Assembly: GCA_035084275.1 (NCBI GenBank)
Contig: CM068745.1
Span: 54,560,001 to 54,624,000, forward strand
Length of the DNA stretch: 64,000 nucleotides
From: Hydrolagus colliei
Taxonomy: Eukaryota
Direction: 5' to 3'
The notes under the pieces are model-generated. The model was not told the DNA's origin. It saw nothing but the letters and a program-made list of their open reading frames with translations, and did no database searches. This document shows positions 50,379 to 62,606 of this stretch, one piece after another. The position numbers were made by a program, and so were the translations under genes. The stretch's first letter is position 1. Each line of letters begins with the position of its first letter.

Positions 50379-50489
50379 TACATTGAAACTGGATCAGAAT
50401 CCGAAGTTCTATCTCACTCATCTCAGCCTTTGAGACCACTTTGTCTAAAATTTAAGATCATGCAGTGTGGTGAGAATGGATCAAATGGA

Positions 50490-50910
50490 TTAAATAGAAT
50501 GGGATGTCCTCCCGACGTGAAAAGCGCTATACAAGTGAAATTGTGTTGTTGTTGTTGTTGTTGTGGTAAATTCACTGTAGATTTGCAAGTCAGTTTTCTG
50601 CAGTTACTGAAAGTAACCAGTTTCCAAATTGAAATTGATACAGTGTAAGAATTGTCCACAATTCTACCCAATCTTAATTTTTCTGACAAAATGGTTTTAA
50701 AGGCTAAGTGGAATTTCAGGCCTTGGATCACCTTCCAGGAGAGGTCGATACAGACTATGTCCACTTCCTGTAGTCATCAACAGCTAATTTACATAAGGAC
50801 CTTAATAATATTCATTGCATTTGATATAGCGCTTTTCACATCTTCTATACATCTCAAAGCACTTCACTGAATATACTACAAAGTGAATTGATTGTATATT
50901 TGTGGGAAGA
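50490..50910. mobile_element. SINE/L2 tail fragments (50490-50565 plus with (TGT)n; 50800-50910 minus)
   Basis: gggatgtcctcccgacgtgaaaagcgctata; gcatttgatatagcgcttttcacatc. Confidence 0.65.
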
Positions 50911-51127
50911 CCAATTTACTATATACTTGGGGACACCCCTTTGATGGGAGGAATTTCTTTGAAAAAGATTGCTTCGATGCCAATATTATTGTGAGATAAT
51001 ATTTAATCTTTATCACATGACAGAAGAGTTAATCTCTCATTCCAAGGGTAGGTGTAACACATTCTTGGGTGTCACTGAGTTCTCAGTTAGATATGAAGCC
51101 AAATTTAAGATGACACACAATTATATA

Positions 51128-51724
51128 CAGGTAGACTCCGCTTAACGAAGGGGTTAGGGACGTTAAAACCCTTCGTTAAGCGAAAATTTTATTAAGCAAG
51201 AGTTTAACTGTATTACTTGTATTTGGCCACAGCCGAAACGCCACCCCGCATTCTGAAGTCAGGAAATACGCGAACCTGGGCTCGGCTATGGGCCTGAATT
51301 CAAGACGCTCAACCTGTACTAATGAAGGCCTAAGGTAGATATAACTGCTGTTGAAGGCTACACAACTTTAAATACAACAATAAAATATTAAAATGTTAGT
51401 AAATACAACAATAAACAATAAAATACAGACAGTCCTCAACTTACTATTATTGAAGCCACGAAGCATCCTGCCACTTAGCTCCTCCCATATGGGAGGGGCT
51501 GCACTGCACTGCTTAACTGAGGCACGCTAAGACTGTGTTGCAGGGGCAACCGGTGAGACGCCACCGATGAGAAGCTGCACACGAGAAGCCTGCAAAATTT
51601 CAAGTGTGTGTAAACATTTGTTATAGCGAATGCAGCCTTTGTTAAGCGGATAAGTGGTACAAATAGAAACCCTTGTTATAGTGAACTTTCGTTAACCGGG
51701 TATTCGGTAATTGGGGTCTACCTG
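51128..51724. mobile_element. Tigger/pogo-like MITE, 597 bp
   Basis: TA-CAGGTAGACTCCGCTTAACGAA ... TTCGGTAATTGGGGTCTACCTG-TA; subterminal GTTAAGCG-type repeats. Confidence 0.85.
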
Positions 51725-52064
51725 TACTACCAAAAGCCTGAAGGAAGCTTAACAGTTACTGTCAAAATCTTAAATATCTAAGATATTGAGATGACATATA
51801 CCTACTGGAAAAAAGTGAATAAGATGTTTTGATTCTTGAGCATGGATGCAGTCGTTGTTATACCATCTAAATAGTTAATCATATATTGTGGGAGTGAGAT
51901 GAAAGGAAAATGTGATAGTTCAGTACTTTTTCTAAGGAATTAAAAAATTATGTTTCTGACCAAATTTGATGTATGGATGGTGTTTTTTAATTAGTTCAGA
52001 AATTTCTATCCCATATTTAAAATTTTACCGAGATAGATTAAATGATTAACCTGAACTGAACTCT

Positions 52065-52440
52065 GTAGTCCCATCATCCCAGTCCTTGCCAGGCTCCACT
52101 GGCTCCCAATTACAGGTCAACAGATTGATCTCCAGATCCTCACACTTTGTGTACAAATCAGCTCATGCACTGGCATCTCTCTACTTCTCCAACTAGCTTA
52201 CTCCTCAACCTATTACCCAATGTCTTCACTCAGCTGGATCTGGCCTCTGGCATACTTCTTGTCCCCTCCACTCCACCTTTGACAGCCACTACATTCCGAA
52301 ACAATGGAACTCTCTTTCGCAATCCTTTCAGGTCACATCAGAAGAACTTCTTCTTTGAAATTGTTTATGGTCACCTCCTCTTCCTCTTCGGTCAGACAGC
52401 AAGCTCATCTTGAAATCATTGAAACAGATTGAAACACATG
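52065..52440 (+). mobile_element. degenerate L2 3' fragment
   Basis: cccatcatcccagtccttgccaggctccactggctccca (PIIPVLARLHWLP). Confidence 0.7.
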
Positions 52441-53499
52441 GTGAGCACGTAGAGAGGAATTACCTCTCTTGAAGTTCTGTGCCAGTGGCAACACGAATGG
52501 GGAAGAAAAGCATTCTCTGTTAACAATCTCATTACATTGAGTGGTCCACACACTGTCTGCTCACAGACCTGCTGCACAGTCTAATCATAAAACTCGAAAC
52601 ATGTACAAATTATAGGCTTTTCATATAACTTTTAGAAATTGAATGAGAATTTAGTCGAATATTCTTCCCCTGAGGTAAATTGGGAGATGATTGGTAAAGT
52701 AGCAGGCATTCATAGGGACTGTCAAAAGCCCTGCAGTGTAGATGTATATTTTTAAATCTTTCATCATACTTTTGGAATTGTTTCTTGACTAAGAAAGCAA
52801 AATGTCAGCTGTGATCATGAACTCTGATTTCTGATTTTAGATGACATTTTGTATTCGGAATTTTCTTGGCCATGAAAAGAACTGCAAATTAGTTCAAAAA
52901 CAAACTTCTGGATCAACTGCAGAACAAGTAGCTTCAAGATTTCCATCCAGTTCTTGTGAATTATTTTACATTCATTTGACAGCATATAATGCAATTTCTG
53001 GGGCAAAATAAAAAGTTCACAAGTAGAATTTTCCCCTCAACTAGACTTACTATTTTGTAGAATGCAGAATTTAGAGAAATGTTGAATTCAATTTTTTAAC
53101 TTTCAAGTTCACTTTCTGTAGTTCTTAAAATAACTTAGGGGAAACTGGCTTCAAAATGAAAGCTGCATTTTCAAGAATAAAGGAAATCTAGGTCCAGGTG
53201 GAAGTTTACTCCTACAGTAACTTCTGTTTGCGAATGCTGTATTTTCATTCCAATCTTTGGAGGAATAAGGCTTGACTAGAATTCCCCCCCCACCCTTTTT
53301 TAAATCTCCATTTGTGCATTTGTATTTTGCCACTACATTGTCTCAATGAGAAACCTGGTACAACAAAGTGGCTGACAAAAGTTACCTCTTATGTTTTTGG
53401 TCATTATATTTCATTAAATAAAGATACAACATGGCTTGATCCTGTTGCAGAGAAATGCAACAAAAATAATATTAAGTCCAAAGTTGTGACGCAATAAAA

Positions 53500-53830
53500 T
53501 TAAGATTTATCCTTTGATGGGAACCAATGGGATGGATGTAGAGACCTCTCAACATCGAACTAATGGATCAGAACTAGAGGACCGTGATTACTAGGTAAGC
53601 AACAGCAAGATAATGATAATTTAAAGAGTAACTACTGCTCTACTCACTTAGCATTGATACATTATGGAATAGACTGCTGCCCATTGCTGGGAATATAGAT
53701 TGAGCCTGAATCATTTATACAAAAAAACGGATTCACAATTCAATAGAAAGTGAGAAGGAAACAAAAGTAGTTCTACATGCATCCTGAACATGGGCATTAA
53801 AACTGGGTGAGCTAAATGTTCTGTGTAATC
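53500..53830 (+). mobile_element. degenerate CR1 3' fragment
   Basis: agaactagaggac...ttatggaatagactgc...gggtgagctaaatg. Confidence 0.4.
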
Positions 53831-53874
53831 TATTTTTAAACTTCATGAACTTTAAGACATTGGGCTTGTGATTG

Positions 53875-54006
53875 AGTAAGTGGCTATGTGGCGCATTTTG
53901 CCCAGAACTATATTCAATTCACTTCAAAGTATATTCCGTGAGGTGCTTTGAAATGACTAGAAGTCATGAAAAGTGCTATATCAAATGCAAGTATTATTAT
54001 TATTAT
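53875..54006 (+). mobile_element. SINE family A 3' fragment
   Basis: caattcacttcaaagtatattccgtgagg...aaatgcaagtattattattatta. Confidence 0.7.
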
Positions 54007-55184
54007 TGTGTTGTGAATTCATTAATTTTAAAAGAGAACAAGTGGATGGACAAAATCAGGCCAAAAGCCAAAAATAATTTGGACACATTATGCAATAGGC
54101 TTTCAAAACATTTTGTGGTGAAATGGCCCACGGAATATAATCTGAGGGGAGCCCAAAATAGATGAATTCAACTGTATCCACGAAGTGTTTAACGCGTGTT
54201 CATTTGTTTCTTGAAAGCCAGGTGCTTGTACAAAACCATATCCTGAAAAGGGCACTCAATCTCATCTTGCTGGCTACATTCTGAAAAGAAAGACATTTGT
54301 TCCTGTTGCAGTTCATTGTGATGTTTGAATGCCACTGTAGTAATCCTTTTAGGTTTTTTAACCTCAGGTTGTCCTATTTCAAAATCTGCCAGTGAGTGCT
54401 GTTCTTTCCAGTAGTATTGATCCGTATATTTGTATTTGCATCCATGGGATTTAATTTACAATTTAGGAAGAACCCAAGGAGGTATAATCATTATTGAAGT
54501 GTGTGGTTTATGTGTAGGATTTATCTTGGGGTATTTGCTACAGCAGTTTCTTTCATGTGCCATAACATTTACCGGTGATGGACATTTTATGGCTCCCTTA
54601 CTAATACTGAGCCATATAAAATAAAACATCCCACTTATAAGGCTGCCTAATCTATTACACTTGCTAGCATTTGAAAGAACAAATGTCAATGATTTGTCTT
54701 CTACAATAGTCTCACTGATGGGCAGAGAGAAGGAAGGGGATAGGGGACAATTCACAGACTGCAATTATCCAATCACATTAGTTCAATTTACAAATCAAGA
54801 GAGTTTGCAAAGTAAAGAGATTTCAGAATGAGCTCTTTGGACTGGCAGTGGATAATATTGACATTTATTTTTGTCCTTTATTTTTAATTGTTTTACCACT
54901 ATTGAAAGGGGTTGTGAAGCTGATGTCAATGACATTTCTTGCACAGATCATGCAGTTTCAGTGCATAGGAAATAATTACCATGGTGAACTAGAGACCAAG
55001 AAGACAGCCATTTTGTAGCTCAACCCATGACAAAAGATGATAAAAACTGATCAATGATTGATTTTGATAGATTTGGAGAAAAATTAAAAACTTAATGAGC
55101 CCCTTTTGCTGATTAAAACAGAAACTGTCAAAATTACTTATAGCAGTGTTCAGAACCTTAAGAGCACTGAGTTGGTTTAGGACA

Positions 55185-55400
55185 CTGTCTCGGTTGATTG
55201 CACTCTCGTCTCTGGGTCACAAGGTTGTGAGACCAAGTCCATTTAGCTCACGGTTGAGCACACGCTCCAGTGCCTTGATGTGAGGGAGCATTGCATTATC
55301 AGATGTGAGATCCCAATTTGAAAGCAAAATTTGCCAGCTTTAAAGGTGCACTTTAATGATCCCATATTACTATTCAAAAAGAGAAAATATTTTCTCCCAT
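55185..55400 (+). mobile_element. SINE family B, degenerate
   Basis: cactctcgtctctgggtcacaaggttgtg...tgagggagcattgcatt...gatcccatattactattcaa. Confidence 0.55.
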
Positions 55401-55782
55401 TTTCTTGAAACCACATGAACATTGAGTAGTAGAAGTTTATGAACACTATTTATTGGTGATTTGCTACTGCTAGTTGTGAGCACATTTATGTATGGCACTT
55501 GAAAGGCTAATGTTATTCCTAATATCTGCACAGACATTTTCATGACACGAGGTAATCAATGATATACATTTAAATGTTACTATGAATAGCAATGGCACAG
55601 GAAATAATTGAGACATTTGTACAACACGATGGAAAATTAAAAGAGGGGGAAGAGAAATATATTAATATTGTTTTTTCTCAGTTTATTGTATGGAGGGCAG
55701 GTATAAATACAAATATTATAGAAAGATAGTGTTAGAACTGCAAAATCAAGAGGCAAATTAGTCATCTATTTTCCATAAAATA

Positions 55783-56050
55783 ATAAATAATAATAATCCT
55801 TGCATTTGATATAGTGATTGATCACATTGTCAAAAGATCCCAAAATGCTTAACAGGATGTCCTGTAAAGTACTGTAACGGTGTGTTTTTTACAGATTAAT
55901 TAACCATGGGAAAGTTTCCTTGCTCCATACATCTAATAATAATCCCAAAACATTTTGATCCGCAACTGTTTGTGGGACACTGCTGTATGGACGTCACGTC
56001 CTCCTGAAGCCGTGAAAAGCTCTATAACAAATGCAAGGACTATTATTAAT
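55783..56050. mobile_element. two divergently oriented family A SINE fragments
   Basis: aataatccttgcatttgatatag (minus tail) then gggaaagtttccttgctcc...aatgcaaggactattatt (plus). Confidence 0.65.
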
Positions 56051-57631
56051 GCAGCCTTTAGCTATAATCTTAGCAAAACGGGAGTCAGTGTATTCATAGT
56101 TAATTGCATCTAGTTCCATTCCATTTTATTGATTCCAGGGCATGAGCTCTGTCCTGTGCTATCCAGCAGTTTTAATCTCACAAAAGGGTAATAATTCTGC
56201 AGTCGGGGCCAAGATGAGAGAGAAGAAGCATTTAGCCATTGAGTAATGTAGCTGAAAGCATTCTTGTGGTAATAAAGGACCACAAGAAGCCCTTAGAAAA
56301 CTATAGGAATAATTTCCTTGAGAAGTGCATGTTTATGCAACAAAACAAATTCCCTCAAAGCAGTTATTGCAGAAGTTTGGGATCCGATTTGACAAAATGT
56401 TGTAGGATGTTCAGTTAAGCTCTTACTGTGATGTACAGTTATCCCATGCATCAGAGGTATATGGGATCATTTTAATGAGTGATTTAACCCTTCAAAGCTC
56501 ATGCTGTGTCTAGCCTGTGTATACAAATGGTCTGAAGCTGCTATCATGCAGCAGATGTATCATGCATGCCACATGCTCAGGAATGCACAAAGCGATTGCA
56601 GTCCTTAGAGACGGTAGCTGAAACTGCTCAAAGGTACCAGCCACATTTATATTATAGCATTACCCCCAAAAGCAGCCTCTTTATTCTGCCACAGTACTGT
56701 AGTCTAAATGAGGTGGTGACACTGCCTCTAGAGCAACTGACTGTTCTTTTCCCATTGTAGGATTTCTCTTCTAATCATCTCTTTAATGCTGGTGTTACAG
56801 GTTTATATCACTGACCTGTATAATTTTCTCCACACAGTGGAAGTAAATCAAAATGACTATTCACAGTTTTTAAACTAATAAGCAGCTGCAAATGAACCTA
56901 GGCAGGTTATGTGTTGCTGCCAATTGTGGTGGATTTCACCGGTAGTTCAAATAGGTCATTTCCACAGAACACTTAGGGACCTGTGGCACCACTACTATTC
57001 AAAGGAGCTCTGCATTAGTTCACATGGTGCAATATATTCTGCAATAATTATATCAACATTACTTACCAAAATAACCGTTAAGATTTGTGGTAACCTGATT
57101 TCTCCTGACACTTGAAACACATCAGTGTTTTTCAGTGAATGTTTTTTGAGGGAGGTTTACTTTCTCTTGAGAATTGTTGTTAGCTATGTTTTGCTGAGCT
57201 GGGATGCAGAAGGGACTGCATTGCTTTCCAGCTGTTTTTCCGGGTGGGTACTGCAATTTCAAATAAACAGCGTAGCCTTCTGCCAAATGGGAAAAGCTAC
57301 AGTTGTACTGCTTAAATCATTATGTGGCAATGCATCATTTCAATACAAAGCACTGCGAATTTAAGTTGACATTTGAAATAGATTTGAGTGAGTTTATTTA
57401 GTGAGTAACTTACCCATATAAACTCAGAAAGTTCTACGCTTGATCCCTGGTCTGAACTCAATGAGCAAATCTCAACTCAGGCAAGTATAAAGTCAATGCA
57501 GTAACCTCAGGGCCTAGGTGTGAAGGGAGGAGAGATATCAACCAACATTCCTCTGATCACTACAGAGATCTCTAACGGTGGTACACATGTGTAGACATTA
57601 GCTGAGTGCAGAACTGAGCATTGCTGTCTGC

Positions 57632-57945
57632 TAGGATCCGGCGATATATCGATATAACGGTTATATCCGATATAATTTCATATCGATATGTCATTTCCGG
57701 CGATATATCAGTATATATCGGTATAATGCAGACTTTTCCAACTTACCTTGTCAATATCTGAATGTGCGTGCACCCCGGAATACGCGTGCATATGCGCAGG
57801 ACAAAAAAAAACCGCGATATCGATATATTGATATATTGAAAATGTTGATATATCGATATATGTCAATATATCGCGATCTCGATATATCGGTAAATATCGA
57901 TATGGGCAGACCGATATATCGATTTCGGAAAATTTCCAGACCCTA
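57632..57945 (-). mobile_element. hAT copy 6, 314-bp short derivative without minisatellite (B-like)
   Basis: TAGGATCCGGCGATAT ... CCAGACCCTA; TSD CTGTCTGC / CTATCTGC (7 of 8); dense CGATAT repeats. Confidence 0.85.
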
Positions 57946-58029
57946 CTATCTGCAGTCAAATAACTTCCTAACTCTCACTAGTAAGGCTCAGACATGAATA
58001 ATGACCATTCAGGTGAGGTATTGGAGATA

Positions 58030-58441
58030 CAGGTAGACTCCGCTTAACGTCATTTTTGGTTCTTGAAAAGTGCGACTTTAAGCAAAACGACATTAAGCAA
58101 ATACATTTTTCCCATAAGAATGAATGGAAAAACCTGAGTAAGGTTCTTTTGGACATTTTTCATCAAAATTGTCTTTTTTAAAAATATATAATACTCACTC
58201 CCTGCCTGGCTCATTCACTCGCTCCTTGACTGCCTGCCCGGCTCACTCACTCACCGCCGGTCTCACTCGCTGCCGGCTTGGCTCACTCCCAGGTCCTACC
58301 ACCATCGTGTCCACTTTCCACCCCCGCGAACGATGTAAAAGCGAACATCGCAATGTTAAATAGTTATATGTTTCCAATGTATCAACAACGTGATAACAAA
58401 ATATCACGTTAAGCGGGGCAACGTTAAGTGGGGTCTACCTA
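58030..58441. mobile_element. Tigger/pogo-like MITE, 412 bp
   Basis: TA-CAGGTAGACTCCGCTTAACGT ... ACGTTAAGTGGGGTCTACCTA-TA; same TIR as 51128-51724; internal ctcactc(a/g)c repeats. Confidence 0.85.
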
Positions 58442-59254
58442 TAATCCGGAATCCATCAAAACTTTGCCCAGAAATAGGGAAAAGAGTCACAAGGCAGGAG
58501 GGGAATAATACCACACTTGAAGTAGTAATGATGTATTTGGGAGTTTGGTTAAGAAAAAAAATGGTTAAATTGTTCAGGATGTTGCACGAAATATAAGCAA
58601 AAAATCAGCAGAAACTTCAGGAAAAAAACAACTGGGTATCTCTTTGCTTACATTTCTAGGATTTGTTTCTCCACACAGGAACCTTGTAAATGAAAACCGT
58701 GTTCAAAAATAATGTATGTTTTGAAACTGCAAGCACTCTGGTGATTTACTGATAAACACATGCCAATAACTCTACCTGTAGGCTATCTTTGTTTAAGTAA
58801 AGTGCCTCTTCTGAAGAAGGGACTATGTTTTTCATGCACATCAGTATTTGGTGTCAACACTTCTTAAGTGATTAGTGCTGTTTGACAGATGGATCATACC
58901 CTGTTGGAAACAACAGATGCATATGCTTGAATGACAAGTTTAATCTCAGTTTCAATATAAAAAGCACTGCAGGGAAGATAATCACAAGTACTGGTTCATC
59001 TTTAATGCATTAAACTACTTTATAACCCTTTCAGTATTTAGATATACAATCTATGCTCAAAGCACACAAGAGCATAACAACAGTAAATTTACACCATGAA
59101 ACATATTCTAAGTAATCAGGATTGTTTTCAGAGATCGCTTTTTGAAATACTTAATGAAAAAAGAAATATATCATTAATAGACTATATCAAGGGGAATTAT
59201 TTCTCAAATACATAGCATAAAGATTCTGGCCAATTGCCACAGTCCTGAGATGAA

Positions 59255-59672
59255 CAATAATCCTTCATAATGCTTGCATTTGGTATAGTGTCTTTCATGT
59301 TCGGAGGACATCCCAAAGCGCTTCACAGGATTTACTGTGAAGTGAAGTGACTATTTGTGAACAAACTTTGCATCCATTGCACACAGCAATGTCCCACAAA
59401 GATCAATGAAGTGAATGACCATTATAAATAATTGTTTGGAGGGATTGTTGGTCACAATCCTGGGAGAACCAGAATTCCCTTCACTTTTGAATAATGCCAT
59501 GGGATCTTGACATCTACTTGTAAAGACAAATGGACCTTGGTTTAACATCTCATCCGAAAGATTGCATTATCGACAATGCAACGACATTTGAATGTCATCA
59601 TAGACAATGTGGGTTCAAGTTGAACCCACGACCTTTTGGCTCAAAGGCAAGAGTGCTGCCACTGAGCCAGGT
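59255..59672 (-). mobile_element. SINE family B (DeuSINE-like), near full length
   Basis: tail ggacatcccaaagcgcttcacag, gcacacagcaatgtcccacaaa, gccatgggatctt, gaacccacgaccttttggctcaaaggcaagagtgct. Confidence 0.8.
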
Positions 59673-60707
59673 TGAAGCACAATTGCCTCAAGGGTGAAGG
59701 GAACTATTTATTGTTTCAATGACAGAAGGCACCGGGATGACATTGGATTCCAGGATTATAACCTGATGTTCATATGCTGTTGCCAGAAATAGCCAGTTAC
59801 CAATAAAGCAGAGAATCCCACAGAGAAAACAAACTGACTGTTCCAGGTTATTCAAATGGCGAGGGTTGAGAACTGCAGATTCAACTTGGTTCATGAAGCT
59901 GTTTGCTGTAGATAATTATTAATGAGTCATTTGGTGCTAATGAGACAACACTTTTGGTGTCAATATGTTGCAACTTCAACAAGTGCCAAATTCAAGACGA
60001 CTTGTTGATTAAAATCTTTACATGGATTAATTATTTTCTGAATTTACCAAAAGCTTGAATCATTCAAATATTTAAAGATGTTACAGATTACATTTCCCCA
60101 ATCCTTTTACAAGTGTAAAATTTGAATAGCATCAAAAAGTCCTATCTGCCGAAAAGCATCTGTGAATTTCTAATGGTACATTTTATAAAGTAAATTTAGA
60201 GATTGGGACCATGAAATACTTTCAATCCACAGATTTAAATTTGGTTATGCTGTATTTTTCTCATTGTTTCCAGTATGAGTTTATTGTTGCATCGGTTTGA
60301 TACAGCATACAACATAAATCTGGTACCAAGCCAAATATAGTAGTTCAGACTTTAAAAACGCAGTGAAGCTGCTTTTCCGTGAACTACAATTTCAATGCAG
60401 AGATCCATGGGGTAGTGCAGGTACTCATAGCTATTCTACTCAAGTTTGCAGGTCGTTCTGACAGCTTAATGGTTGCTGCAAAACAGATTCAAGTGCAACT
60501 ATTTGAAAAAAAGTTTGAGTTGAGTTGGGTTGAGTCATGACCAACATTGCTGGGGAAATTTCCAAGCGTGGAATGTTCCATGATTAATTAAAGATGTGAT
60601 AATTAATTATCATATACAATAAAACAAAAATAATCACCCTAATAATATAGTGTCTTTGGGATGTTCGGGAGTTCATCCCAAAGCACTTCAAAGTACTTGC
60701 TGGGCAC

Positions 60708-61849
60708 TAGGGAACGGCGATATGGGAATTTCCCGATATGTATATATCGGTTGGATCATATCGAGATATACCGAAATATCGATATTTTCCGTTTTTTTGT
60801 ACTGCGCATGCGCTCGCGCAGCGGAGTGCACGCGCATTTCGGGTGCACGCGCATTCGGGGCCTATCTTCTCAGGAGGTAAATATATTTCTCTCTCTGTGT
60901 CTCTCACTCTCTCCATCTCTGTGTTTTTCTGTCTGTGTCTCTCTATGTCTCTCTACCTCTCTCCTCTCTCACATTCCCCCCCATCTCTATCTATCTGTAT
61001 ATTATCACATCCACCCTGTCACTCCCCCCCCCCCCCCCCCCGCCGTCCCTCTCTCGCACCCCCCCCCCCGGCGTCTCTCTCTCCCTCCCCCCCCAGCCGT
61101 CACTCTCCCCCTCCCCCCAGCCGTCTCTCTCCCCCTCTCCTCCCTCCCCCTGCCAACTCTCTCCACCCCCCCCAGCCGTCTCTCTCCCCCTCTCCCCCCC
61201 CCCCAGCCGTCTCTCTCCCCCTCTCCCCCCCCTCGAGCCGTCTCTCTCCCCCTCTCCCCCCCAGCCATCTCTCTTCCCCTCTCCCCCCCCCAGCCGTCTC
61301 TCTCCCCCTCTCCCCCCCCCCAGCCGTCTCTCTCCCCCTCTCCCCCCAGCCGTCTCTCTCCCCCTCTCCCCCCCCCAGCCGTCTCTCTCCCCCTCCCCCC
61401 AGCCATCTCTCTCCCCCTCTCCTCCTCCCCCCAGCCGTCTCTCTCCCCCTCTCCTCCCCCCCCCAGCCATCTCTCTCCCCCTCTCCTCCTCCCCCCAGCC
61501 GTCTCTCTCCCCCTCACCCCCCCCCCCACAGCCGTCTCTCTCCCCTTCACCCCCCCCAGCAGTCTCTCTCCCCCTCACCCCCCACCCACAGCAGTCTGTC
61601 TTCCCCCACCCCTTGCATACCTGTATATTGTATTCTAGGACTATGAATACAATATGGCGGCTTTGCACCTCGGTCTGTGTATAGAGATGAGCATTCTGGG
61701 TCTTGTAGTTCAGTGTGTGCGCATTCCGATTTTTTCCCTCGATATATCGATTTTTCGATATCTCGATATTTGTTAAATGCCTATATCGGCATATCGCTAT
61801 GAAAATTATATTGGGATTTAGCGATATATCGATATATCGCCGGACCCTA
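60708..61849 (+). mobile_element. non-autonomous hAT, copy 5: chimeric A-left/B-right, 1142 bp, no TSD
   Basis: left TAGGGAACGGCGATAT, right ATATCGCCGGACCCTA; flanks CTGGGCAC and GTGAATAT do not match. Confidence 0.9.
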
Positions 61850-62312
61850 GTGAATATGATAGAAGCTACACAGCAGTGTCATTTGATCCATAACGTGCAA
61901 GAAAAAGCAGCAAAAACATGGTGACAAAATTGCAATTAAATAATTAGATCCCATTGTCAATATAGATAAAAGGTGTTTTAGGATTACCCTACATTAGGCA
62001 CTTAACTTGTCATTACCAAGGAATGAACAAAATTATGCCCACCTATTAAGAACTAAAAGACATGTTGATTATTTAAGGAAAGTTAAACAATGGATGATTT
62101 CTTCATATCAGGTGTATAAGGGTTGATTTTAGACTGAGGGAATTACTCAAGTATTCATCTGTCAAGGATAAATGAGCATTTTTCAAACGTGATTAGTAGA
62201 TCACACACATAACTGAATGCAGAGAATCAAATTAAACAAAATATTCTGAAATTGGATAAGAAGAAAGAGAAGAGGGATTTTGAGCAAAGAGGAAAATATA
62301 CAACATTTGTAA

Positions 62313-62606
62313 AATAATAACAATCTTTGAATTTGACATAGTGCTTTTCACATCTTCCAGATGTCTCAAAGTGCTTCACAGGATATACTCTTAAAGTGAT
62401 TGACTGTATATGTGTGGGTGAAAAGCAGCAGCCAATTGCGCACAGCAATGTCCTACAAACAGTCATGTATTGAAATGACTAATTTTGTTATTGTTTTGAG
62501 GGATTATTATCATACTGATGTGTGGAGTAAGGAAACTTGCCCACAGTTTCATCCTGACCTGCCAGGAATCAAACCCAGGTCTCTCGCTTGCGAAGCAAGT
62601 ACTCTA
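62313..62606 (-). mobile_element. SINE family A, full length
   Basis: aatctttgaatttgacatagtgc ... tactctaatcgctgagctacaggtctc. Confidence 0.85.

Larger units (their letters stand above)
57390..58505 (+). mobile_element. SINE family C hosting two DNA-transposon insertions
   Basis: SINE sequence resumes in register after each insertion (ctcactagtaaggctcagacatgaataatgacca; ggaatccatcaaaact). Confidence 0.6.
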
